Source: a virus
Taxonomy: Duplodnaviria > Caudoviricetes
Reading direction: 5' to 3' (one strand)
Virus record (IMG/VR): IMGVR_UViG_3300006092_000342
Location: 1-64,000 of that record
Length of the DNA stretch: 64,000 bases
The notes under the pieces are model-generated. The model saw nothing but the letters and a program-made list of their open reading frames with translations. It did no database searches and had not been told where the DNA came from. Position numbers and translations under genes: made by a program. Shown piece after piece: positions 38,642-49,700 of the stretch. Every line of letters begins with the position of its first letter. The first letter of the stretch is position 1.

Positions 38642-40987
38642 TTATTTTTTTGGTAATCCTGGTAATTCTAACTCAGATGTATCTTGTAAAATTAGATCCA
38701 GTTCTGTTTTTTGTTCTGGAATTTCTTTATGAAATTCAACATGGAGATGAGGTAATACTTCAGGATTAATATGTTCTTCTATTATCTGACTTCCTTGTGA
38801 TTTAAGATTATCTAAAACTAAGGCCCCCTCTTGATCATTAGATTCCAAAATAGCTTTACGATATTTACGAACACTCGCAGCATCCGGTCCTTCAAAAATT
38901 ATTTTTTTAATTGATTTGGCATAGTTATCATTAAATAACCTTAACCCCGCCACTACAGCTTTTGGATTCTGTCCCGTAAAATCTAACGCAGTTCCTCCTT
39001 GAAGATGGGCACTATCTGGATTGCTATCTAATCTAATACCTTTTGTATCTGCAGCTCCGCTAATTGCTTGTTCTAAAATACCGGGATACTTATTACTTAA
39101 ATCCTTTACTTTACTAAATAGTTGTGGATCTAAACTCAAAATTTGTTCCGCATTTAAATCTCTGAACTTAGTATTTTTTACAAATTCTATATTAGAAGGA
39201 TCCTGTGAGTTTAATTTCAGATTTTCATTTAATGCCGGTGTTGAACTATTTGTAGAAAATTCGCCCTTAGCTTTATACATTTTATAAACTTCTTGACCGG
39301 TTTTTATATTATCATCCGTAAGTACTTCTCCTTGAAATGGAGGAGAAAATATAATGTCTTTTATTCTAAAGCGAGGAATTCCATCTGATCCGGGTTTATC
39401 ATAATCCATGCTTACTTTCTTACGAATTTCTTCATTAGACAACCCTTGCTTACGTGCATTAGCAATATACTGCTGAACAATCTGTAAATTATTTGTTACA
39501 GCCTCTCCTACTGTAATGCTCATACCTCCTATTTCATCATTACCTCCCATTGGAGTTTCATTTACAACATTCCAATATAATTCTTGCGGAGGTTTTCCCG
39601 GATATTGAATTGTTAAATTTCTATCCGGAGAAGGTCGTTTAATAACTGTATTATTAGAATCAAACGGTAAAAACCCTTTATCTACTATCGAAGTATTAGA
39701 ACTTAAAGGTTTTCCATCAGGTAATGTAATAGCTTCAGTCCAATCTCCAATACCAGGCAAGTTAGATAAATCTCCTACCTGATTATCTGGAATTCCGATA
39801 TCGTGAGTTTTTCGTGTACTTAAATCTTGAGTGCGTTGTCCTGGATTATTGTCTTCGCGTGGGTTTATAGAAACAACCTTGCCGTTATCAAAAACAGAAA
39901 GGACACGACCTGCTCTTTGACTAGATTTACTTTCTACCCATTCTTTTGCTAACTCTTTTCGCTTTGTAGCTGGATTGGTCCAATAAATGCTAACAGCATT
40001 TCCTTCATATTTATTAGGACTGCCGGCTGCTCCCGGTACCATAAAGGTCTTCTCCATTCCTTCTTTAATACTCTTATCTACAATAGGATTTCCAGTTCCA
40101 TAGTTGAAAGTCATACTACTTCCCGGAGTCATAGTATTGTAACTATATCTACTATTATTCCAAGCTCTCCAATGATCTTCTAAAGATCTCGGTTTAAATG
40201 TAGGATCTTCTTTTTGTTTTTGCAATTCATTTTTGTAAGATTCAAGAGCTCCTCCAAAGTCTATTAAATCATTCCCTTTTACACTTCCATTTGCAATTCC
40301 CATTTTAATAATACTAGGAACCAATGGATCTGTTAAGATATCATCTATATATTTTTGGTTTTTCTTAGTTTGTTCTAAGGCATAATTCTTTGCAGTTGTA
40401 TCTGCTAAACTTTCTTGTGTTGCAGCATTTGAATGGGCAATATTGGCATTAACAGCTGCATCTTGTAACTTCTGAGTCTGATCATCGAAATAGTCAGTAA
40501 TATTCAGTCCTTCAAAACTACTTCCTTTTGTATTTGCAATTTCATCTAACTTTCCATAGTAATTAACTGCATTTCTTCCTAATTTCTCTTTTAAAACTTC
40601 TCCTCTTTTTATGTATTCATCCATTTTCCCATAATCCAACATTGCATTACGCATTTCAGGATGTTGTAATGCAGAAAGAAGCTGAGATTGTAATTCAGTA
40701 GCTTGATCGATATTATGGACCCCCCGTTTTAAAGTTTCTTCTACAGGAGCTAAATGCATAGCTACTACATCTGCATCTTTAGGGAGATATTTTAAATTTT
40801 TAAATAACTCATGACTTTGGTATAAATTCTCCGTCACGAACTTCTGTTCTTGAAGTTGTCTATTTTTTTCCTCGCCTATTAAAGCATACATCTTTAATAA
40901 AGCATTTGTATCTAATCCTCCACGATCATCTCGCGCAATTCTAGGAGCATTAATAGGCGCTGGAAGAATTCCTTGTGTTAGTGGCAT
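38642..40987 (-). CDS. Cargo protein with a C-terminal M15/LAS-type peptidoglycan peptidase domain
   Basis: Likely start ATG 40987; SAHLQGGTALDF...PHLHVEF (SxHxxGxAxD...HxH). Confidence 0.7.
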   Translation of the reverse strand: MPLTQGILPAPINAPRIARDDRGGLDTNALLKMYALIGEEKNRQLQEQKFVTENLYQSHELFKNLKYLPKDADVVAMHLAPVEETLKRGVHNIDQATELQSQLLSALQHPEMRNAMLDYGKMDEYIKRGEVLKEKLGRNAVNYYGKLDEIANTKGSSFEGLNITDYFDDQTQKLQDAAVNANIAHSNAATQESLADTTAKNYALEQTKKNQKYIDDILTDPLVPSIIKMGIANGSVKGNDLIDFGGALESYKNELQKQKEDPTFKPRSLEDHWRAWNNSRYSYNTMTPGSSMTFNYGTGNPIVDKSIKEGMEKTFMVPGAAGSPNKYEGNAVSIYWTNPATKRKELAKEWVESKSSQRAGRVLSVFDNGKVVSINPREDNNPGQRTQDLSTRKTHDIGIPDNQVGDLSNLPGIGDWTEAITLPDGKPLSSNTSIVDKGFLPFDSNNTVIKRPSPDRNLTIQYPGKPPQELYWNVVNETPMGGNDEIGGMSITVGEAVTNNLQIVQQYIANARKQGLSNEEIRKKVSMDYDKPGSDGIPRFRIKDIIFSPPFQGEVLTDDNIKTGQEVYKMYKAKGEFSTNSSTPALNENLKLNSQDPSNIEFVKNTKFRDLNAEQILSLDPQLFSKVKDLSNKYPGILEQAISGAADTKGIRLDSNPDSAHLQGGTALDFTGQNPKAVVAGLRLFNDNYAKSIKKIIFEGPDAASVRKYRKAILESNDQEGALVLDNLKSQGSQIIEEHINPEVLPHLHVEFHKEIPEQKTELDLILQDTSELELPGLPKK

Positions 40988-40988
40988 G

Positions 40989-43766
40989 TTATTTAAAAGG
41001 TTGGCCTGTAGATAATTGTATTCTTTTTTGAGCACTTATAGGCCCTTGCAATTGTTTAAATCGCATTAATTTTTGAAATCGCTTATCGTTATAAAAGTTA
41101 GTAGGATTGCTAGAAATAATACTAGAAATTTCATTATCTGCACTTTCTTCGGTAAGATCTCCAAATTCATCTACAGTTGTATTACTTAAAGTTTTAGTAG
41201 GAGTTGCAGTTGAAACAGTAGAATTTATCCCCTTTAAAAAGGAAGAAGTTCCTACAGGCATTCCGGTCATTCTTCCAAACTTATCCATAACTTTCATCAG
41301 GTGCTTTGACATAATTAAATTAGAAATCTCACCTTCTTTTCCAGATTCAAAAGCTTGTTTAGCTTGAGATTCTTGTGCAGATAAATTTCCTAAATTAGAA
41401 ATAGTATTTACCAAAGGCCTGGTAACATTAAAAATATACTGATTTTGGAACTCTTTGTTTTTATTAACTTGTGCTGTATAATTTGCTAAATTCTGATCTT
41501 CTGCTGCAGCCCTTTGTCGATCTAATTGATCATTACGGATTCCTGCATTTAAAACAGCTTTGTTTCGTTCGTTTACATTATTATTACTAGAAAGATAAAA
41601 AGGAACTTTTTGTGCACTTACCCCTTGATTTTCTAATACTTGCATTTTTATAGCATCTTGATCCGCTAAACTATTATCATATACTCTTGCAATTCTACTT
41701 ACATCCTCTGGTTTAAATTTGCGAGCTTGCAACTCAGAACTCGTACTGTAAATATCATTAGCAGGATTTTGTAAAGCAGAAGCAGCACTTGCAGCTATCC
41801 CAGACCCTACTGTAAATAATCGAGCTGTATTTAAATTTGAATTATCAAAGTTTTTATTTTCTAAGTCTTTTAATCTTTTATTAATGTAATCTTCTATTTC
41901 ACTTCCTTCTTCATAACGTCTAACTTCCATTCCTTTCTTAGCTTCGGGAATTTCAGCTTGTTCCGGAGTATCTCCACGCATGAGAGTATTTAAATCTTTA
42001 ACCAAATCTAAATAAGGAATTCTGCTTTTTTTATTTCCTTCCCAAGCCATTTTATCGAAAATATCGGTTTCAACATTTTCCGGTTTTTTGTATTTGTTTA
42101 AAACTTTCTTTAAAATAGCTACAGGAGTTAAACCTTTTGCTTTACCATAAAATTCACCTGCAAGAGTTTTTTCTTGTGCCTCCGGAAGTTTCAGGTCTTC
42201 ACTATAAAATGCAGGAGTTAATTCGGTTTTTATTTTCTCTGCTAGCTTACGAGGCACTTTTAGATTTTTGTCATTACTGACAACATAAGCCCCGGGAGCT
42301 ATAATATTTCCCATTTCATCCCTTTCCAAGGGAGTTAAAGTATCTGTTACTTTATTAGAATCTCCACTTGATTTATATTCTTTATGAGTCTTTTTTGCAC
42401 CAGGTTTTGTTACATCATAATTAGGATGGATTACTAATTCCTCTTTACTAACTTGTAAAGGCACCAAATTATTTGCAGGAACTATCTCCGGAGCTTCTCC
42501 ACCTGATTGTCTTATAGGAATTTCAGTAACATAATCTGCACTAGGAAACATTATCCGTTTAACCCCTGCTTTCATAACCTTCAATTTACCTACATTTGGA
42601 ATTCCTAAAACATCAAACGGTGTATTTTTCATAGTTAGGTGATTGCTTGGAATAATATTAAAATCATTTTCGAAACTGTCAGTTCCGGGAGTATATCCGG
42701 TTTTGTTTACATTTCCTCCGGCTTCCATGTATGCTACTCTCCCTGTATCGCCATTAATACTATTTGCGGCTAACCAGGCTTTATTTTGTTGTTCAGTCTG
42801 ATCAGCTTTATTAGTAGCATTAATTGCATACTTCATTAAAGAAGCTGCTCCCTGTGTAATAGCTCCTATAGGCCCTGCAGTCATAAATCCTCCGATAGTA
42901 CCTAAAGCAGTTCCCCCTATAACTCCTTTTTTATCTCCTTGTAACCCTACTCCATCTGCCTGACTACTGATTAGACTGCCTAAAGGTGCTGTATATTTTG
43001 TATAATCCTTCCCGGTAAGAAAACCTAAAACATCCCTTTTTTTACCCTTTTCTGGATCAAAAGGAATATCATCAAAATTACTAGAAGCGGAAGCCACACT
43101 TCCGCTGACGCTGGGATTAGGTTCCGGAATTGGGTTAAAAGGCTTTAATTCAGGTTGTAAAAAATCATCTTCAGGCCGGGAATCTTCTCCATAAGTAGGA
43201 GAACCTTCTTGTCGCTTTGCAACACGAGCTTTGGGATTGAAAGTATTAACATCTTTCCCATCCTGAATGATCTTATACATTTGCTCAATGTAATCGGTTT
43301 CTGCTTGGCGACTTGGCAATGATTTTGCCATGGTATAATCAAACAGATAATTCTTGGTTGTTTGCGGAAAATCCGGATCTCCAATCGCCTTTTTAATATT
43401 ACCCTGATATTTCTGATATAAACTCCGGGCTTTGGTAGGTCCCATATTATAAGCAGCAGCATTCCAATGTTCATCCTTAAACCCGTACTCTGCTAGAATT
43501 GAAGAGTATTTCATGCCCCCGGCTAAAGCTTCTGGTCCGGTTAAACTCTTGTAATCTCTATTTTTAAAATAACCTTTTTTTTGGAGTTCTTCGAAAGCAA
43601 TAGGACTTAATTGAAGGGGGCCTGCTTTTCCATTAGTTAAATCTGGTTTGGTTAGGTGTGCACTGTCATGACGACTTTCTACCCAGGCTAATCTCTCATA
43701 ATGTTTGGGAGACATTAAAAGTCCCCCGTATGGAGATCCTCCCTGTTGTAGATTGTCATGTTTCAT
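40989..43766 (-). CDS. Cargo protein with an N-terminal lytic transglycosylase (SLT) domain
   Basis: AWVES, AGPLQL, AAAYNMGP, TKNY; Gly-rich hydrophobic segments further on. Confidence 0.8.
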   Translation of the reverse strand: MKHDNLQQGGSPYGGLLMSPKHYERLAWVESRHDSAHLTKPDLTNGKAGPLQLSPIAFEELQKKGYFKNRDYKSLTGPEALAGGMKYSSILAEYGFKDEHWNAAAYNMGPTKARSLYQKYQGNIKKAIGDPDFPQTTKNYLFDYTMAKSLPSRQAETDYIEQMYKIIQDGKDVNTFNPKARVAKRQEGSPTYGEDSRPEDDFLQPELKPFNPIPEPNPSVSGSVASASSNFDDIPFDPEKGKKRDVLGFLTGKDYTKYTAPLGSLISSQADGVGLQGDKKGVIGGTALGTIGGFMTAGPIGAITQGAASLMKYAINATNKADQTEQQNKAWLAANSINGDTGRVAYMEAGGNVNKTGYTPGTDSFENDFNIIPSNHLTMKNTPFDVLGIPNVGKLKVMKAGVKRIMFPSADYVTEIPIRQSGGEAPEIVPANNLVPLQVSKEELVIHPNYDVTKPGAKKTHKEYKSSGDSNKVTDTLTPLERDEMGNIIAPGAYVVSNDKNLKVPRKLAEKIKTELTPAFYSEDLKLPEAQEKTLAGEFYGKAKGLTPVAILKKVLNKYKKPENVETDIFDKMAWEGNKKSRIPYLDLVKDLNTLMRGDTPEQAEIPEAKKGMEVRRYEEGSEIEDYINKRLKDLENKNFDNSNLNTARLFTVGSGIAASAASALQNPANDIYSTSSELQARKFKPEDVSRIARVYDNSLADQDAIKMQVLENQGVSAQKVPFYLSSNNNVNERNKAVLNAGIRNDQLDRQRAAAEDQNLANYTAQVNKNKEFQNQYIFNVTRPLVNTISNLGNLSAQESQAKQAFESGKEGEISNLIMSKHLMKVMDKFGRMTGMPVGTSSFLKGINSTVSTATPTKTLSNTTVDEFGDLTEESADNEISSIISSNPTNFYNDKRFQKLMRFKQLQGPISAQKRIQLSTGQPFK

Positions 43767-46700
43767 TATCTGAGGCTGATTTTATTTTTGTCAACACATA
43801 TTTTAAAATCGTTTGGACAGATTTGTCTAGATCTTGTCGTACAAAACGATACCTTAAATACTCATCAAAAAAGACACTATCATTGGCATTTCCAAAAGTT
43901 TTGTCAAATTTAATTAAATCTTTTAACATATTGGGTAATAAGCCGTTAACCTTTTCCAATACTGCTGTAAGATCTTCTGGAGTAGATACCTTATTTAGAA
44001 CTTGATAAAATTCATACTGCATTGAATTATAACTTGTTACAGCTAAATCTCGAGGATCTGATACTGAATTTGGATTCTCGACAAAAGTTTTTAGTAATCC
44101 TGAACTTTGGTAATTATTTAAAATTCCGATATAATCAAAAAACTTATCAACTCTTCTCCATTTACCGGCAAATTCATCCCAAATCATATTTTTTAATCCT
44201 ACTAGCGTGCTTGCATATTCAAAACCACGCCCGAATCGATTATTAAATTCCCGCGAAACTATGTCAATGATAAACGGGTATTTTATATCATAGAATACCA
44301 AATAAGAGTCTTTATTGTCAGCATGGCGCCATAATTTTCCATCATTCCAGTTATACATGTAGTTCCGATCCCACGTATAATAATCAGGAACATAGCTATG
44401 AAATCCTACAAAAAAACGTTTTTCTTTCCCTATGTAATAACTTAAAGTAAAACTCCTATTTTCAAACCATTCAGGATTCCCTAATTCAATCACGGTATTC
44501 GTACCTTTTAAATAAAAAATATCATTGACTAGCTTAAGCTTTGTTGGATTTTTACATTTCCAGTCTTTTTTGGTTATTAAAATACGACTAAATCTATGAT
44601 CAATTCCTAAAGAGAAACCGGTTTTATGCCCTTGACTAATACCCGGGTAATCTGGGAAATCTTCTGCTAAATACATGCGGATATTATTTTTAAAAAAAGA
44701 TTTAAGGCCCCTAGTACTCAATTCGTCATTTGAGCCTGTCCAATTATTGATCGTTCTAGCTTTCCGATCGATAAAGAAATGACCCCATTCTGAGGTAATA
44801 CTAGCGCTAGGATCAATACATCCTCCTTTACCTTCAGCAATATTACCAAAAACGTCATAAGGCTTTCCAAAGAAACCACCATCTCCTAACCGAGCTTTAT
44901 CCCCATTACTGATATCTATGCTCATTTGGCCGAAACGTAAATCTTTTATTGAATCTGATGTTTGCGCCCAAACTCTGTTTCCCCAATGAATTAGATTTTT
45001 GATCAATCCAAAATTGGTATCTAAATCAATGTAATTATTAATTTTAAATCTTCGGAAAGCATCTCCTTTACTAGCAACATTTTGCTTATTGCCAATATAA
45101 ACACGCCCGTTAAGCTCCCCTAAACATTTGCACAAATTATATCCAATAGGGACACCATAGTTATACCAGAGCAGTGTGAAACTTTTTGACCAATCATACT
45201 TATTATGTAAGTCATGAAACCCTTTTATCCCTCCAATTTTGGGACCGCCATCTTGATCTCCTAAACAGCTATCAATTCCTAATAATAAAATTAAATTTGT
45301 GTTTCTAGTAATACTTAAAAAAATCACATAAAAAGCTATTCCTAAACCAATCATTACATATCCTAACACGCTGGTTAAACTAATCGCAGACATCGCTCCA
45401 TACATTAAAATACCTACTGCAAGTCTAATAATAGTGTTTGCCCATAGAACTAATTTATCTAATTTACTCAACCCTACAATAGACCAGTACATTCTAGATA
45501 ACCACGAAATTTCTTGATCAGTCTTTGGCGGAAAATTAGGATCTAACTCCTGATTCTTAAGTTTTGGATAATAGATTTCATTGAAAGGAGCTCTTTCATC
45601 TCCCAAGATTCTAGCATGTAAATTGACTTTACATTCTACCATAAAGGTATTGTTACTAGTAAGAACTCCAGGCCAATATTGGCTTAAACCTCTATATCCT
45701 TGAAAAGGTGTAGTACCATCCCAAGGATTTCCAGGACGAAGCATATTATTGTTTCTAGGATCATCTTCCCCGCTTTGTGGAGGATCTCCGCAATCACTTA
45801 CGCCAAAAATTTGTTCAAAAAAGTTAGAAGGATTTACATTAAGACCAACCCGATCTGATACTACAGAATGTCTCTTTACGGAATATTGTCCAATATAAAC
45901 ATCCCCCGCTAATAAATTAACAGCACCACAAATACTTTCCGTTTCTGTCAATAAATGAATATCTGCATATTTTGCATTCTCAATCCTTCCATATTGATTT
46001 GGAATATTTCGAAGAAGAACTGCATAATGACAAGATGCATTATGAATATCTGCTTCATGATATTTTCCATCTCCCATAAAAGAAAAATCACATGTATTAT
46101 TGGCAGCGAGATTTCCAAAATTTCGATTGCCATTATAGCTATTATCAGATAAAAAAGGATCAATTCCATGTTTTAATGTCGGAAAACTTCCAGGTTCTAA
46201 TTCTAGATATACACTTGATTCCCGAAATTTATTCATTAAACTAAAAGTGAATCGATCTTCTTTATTGACTATCTTATTAGCTTCTGCATATACTGCAGCT
46301 TTTACACAATATAAACTTGGGACTTCTCTATATTTAGGTTCTCTACGATTTTTTGCAAAAACACAAACTTCTTTAAAAACTGAATTATTGTTTACATCAT
46401 ACGTTACGGTAAGTCCATTTTGCAATACTGCAGAATATAAACAACCTTCGTTTGTTTCGACCTCAATAAAACACTCACAAACAAATGTAGAATTAAAGGG
46501 TAAGTTCTTAGTTGTATTACTATCTCTGTAATTAGTTTTTCCTAATAAATCTATGGTTAAGTCATTACCTTGATTATCTAATAAACGTAGTTTAAAAGTT
46601 TTGATTCCTGTAGGAGCTGTTATAATTTTTACTTCTCTTACTATAACAAGTCGATTAGCTGGTAATTGATTAAGCTGAATAAAAAAGCTAAAACAAAGTT

Positions 46701-49700
46701 CTTGTGTACAATAACCTTCCTCTACTAGTATTTTACTACTATTCCTATCATAATGGTTTAAATGAATCGCTTGTCTACATCCTTTTCTATTATAGTATCT
46801 CGCGGAATAACTATCTGGTTCAGTCATTTTACTGCTGGTCCCGTGTCTTCTACCCGAACCGTATATTTCTAGTGGACACTTTATTTGAGAAATATTTAAA
46901 GGCGGTTTTCCATATTGTGTATCTGGACTAAAAAACACATATGCTGGAACTGTTGGAAGTATTCCTCCACGACTAGGAGTTCTAGAATTGTCATTTAACC
47001 ATTTAATATCCATGCTAAACTTCTCTAAAGAGTTTACACCATGGTTAGGATACATGAAAGATTGAGCATGCAATTGTCCTTGGAAACAACCGACTAACTT
47101 TCCCTTTGCAATAACTCGACTATTACTATCATCCCTGGGCTCCATACCAATCTTCCATTGGCGAATATTACATCCAGGTTTTATATAATCTTCAGAGTCT
47201 AGATCTGGAATTCCTGTAATAATATATCCCAATAAAATAACATAAGCATCATTACTTTCTAAATTCGCAGGATCTAATCGATGTGGCACCCCATTTTGAA
47301 AACTAATATAATGAGGAAGTACACTTTCATCCGGACCCAGAATATGTCGTATAGGCATTCCTGCATCTTGCCCATAGATAAAATTACCATTACAATCTTT
47401 ATCTAATGGATAAGTCTCCGTACTTTCCCAATATCCGCACTCTCCTTCTGCAAAAATTGGAAGATCATAATCAATAATATTGCAACCTTTTTCATCATAA
47501 ATAGGAACTGGTTCGCATATTTTACTATTAAGAGCCTGACTTAAAGTAGGAGTAGTTTTACGATCAAATTGATAAACAGGAGGTTGATAAACCGGACGTT
47601 CATATATTTTAACTTCTGTCCCATCTCTGCGACGAATTATTTGTGTCTTTAGATCTAATTCGGATTCATTTTCCCAAGGTATTGTCCATTTTTTTCCAAA
47701 GAGTTGCATTAAAGGTTCACACTTTTCCGGAATACAGCAAAGAATTGCTTTAAAATCAAAACTTTCCCAAGGATTTAAAGCTCCATATTCTGATAAGATA
47801 CACGTATTACTATCATCGTTATACCAAATAGGATTTTTTGGATTTGTAGGTAAACACCCCTGTTCCGGACAATCTGTATTACATCCTGCACATCCAGAAG
47901 GACAATCTTCTTTTTTACATTTAGTTAAACATTCTATATAACTAGAATAGTCTCCGTTATCATCAGGTAAACACCCCTGATCAGTACACCTAAAACGGCC
48001 ATCTTGACTATATTCACAAGTACTTCTACATGCCAATAAACTGCTGAATTCTCCATCCTCGGCAGCTTCACAAGCCCCATTAGTACATCGATACCTCTCT
48101 TGCCCATTTATATTGCAATGTTTTGAACACTCAAATAAGGTACTATAAGGCCCTTCGAGATCTGTAACACAATTTCCATTTGCCGGATCACATCTCCATT
48201 TACTAGTACGCTCTGCAGAACAATTATCTTTACATGCTTGATAACTTCTCCATTCTCCATTTTGTCCTGCAGCAATACAACCGGTTTCTCTACAATCATA
48301 TGTTTCTTCAGGCTCCTCATTACATTCGCACCATCCTGTTATAGCATTTACGAAATCATCCAGAGTTCGACCAACAACAATTGAATTACCACTCATGCAG
48401 TCAAACTCAAAGCTGATATCAATATAATCTTTAGGATCTCTATCGATTACTACGAGATGTACATTATATTGAGGTAAAGCAGCTGCTAATTGTCCCCAAA
48501 CACCGCTGGCATCAAAAGCATCACATGCAGGACAATTTGGAGTTTTATTATAAGTAATAACAACATCACAAACTCCGAGTCCTATCTGCTCGTTCCCCGT
48601 ATTGTAATAACTACTGCCTGTACTATTACCAGAACAACCTTGACTGCATCCGCCGGTACAAGAAGTACCAGAACACCCGCCAGAACATCCTGAACATTTT
48701 GCACCACAATTTTGACATAATCCATTTTTACAACAACCTAATCCATAGCAACTTTTACTACAAGTAGCAGTGCATGGTCCTTGAACCGCTATACCTTGAT
48801 AAACACTTCCCGGATTACAATGACGACCTTTAGGACATCCTGAATTAGGATCGGTTTCATCTTGTTTATCTATTTTTAAACTAAATGCAGATACCTGGGA
48901 ATCTTCCATCATTTCGTATGGATTTCCACAATACCACTTAGTAACACTTGCAGTATTTTCTACTTGCCAGCGTTCCAACTCGCATTCAGTACAATTTCTA
49001 GGATCGGAAATAGGTATTTTTTCCCGATCATATGGAGTGGCTCGTCTCCCTGGAATATGACCAAACCTACTATAAGTACCATCACACCATACTTTTGAAA
49101 GCGCCAAACTCATAACCTCATCTCGAGGCATGCTAGTGTATTTATGCGCTTCTGATAGAGGTGCTAATTTTGCAAACCACCTTACTCTTAAATTCCGACT
49201 ATATTTAAGTATTGGAAAATTAGGTTCTCCATACGTATTAAATAGTACAGCATGTCCGTCTATAATATCAATATCTTCTCCCCTAATATAAGCTATGTCT
49301 TTATTTCGGATATCATCTATTGTAATCGGTATTCCGCTAAACTGTCTATGATTTGTAAGAAGAACTTGTTGTTTAGTTCTCGTGAAAGGAATTTTTGGTA
49401 GAAGTTTTACACTTACCTCAAAACCAATATTCCGAACAATTGCTATTTCTATAAACTCAAAATGTGCACTTCTATTTCCTTCTACAACAATATCGATTGC
49501 GTTTTCTGAAACTTCTCCCGGAATTTGATTAGGACTATCTAAAATTAAAGGATCACTTCCCCAAAAGAAATTTGTATGGTTATTATCCTCATCTGTTAAA
49601 CGAACAAAAGCATAATATTTACCTCCAACAAGATCTAATCCTCCATACTTTACTTGACGTAATTTAACCAAAGGACCGCAATCACAAGGCAATAGAAGTA

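Noticed and set aside
48600-48780. CxxxC run as a radical-SAM RiPP precursor
   Set aside because: It is internal to a 2141-aa tail protein and no radical SAM gene is in the window; cannot be excluded for the rest of the genome
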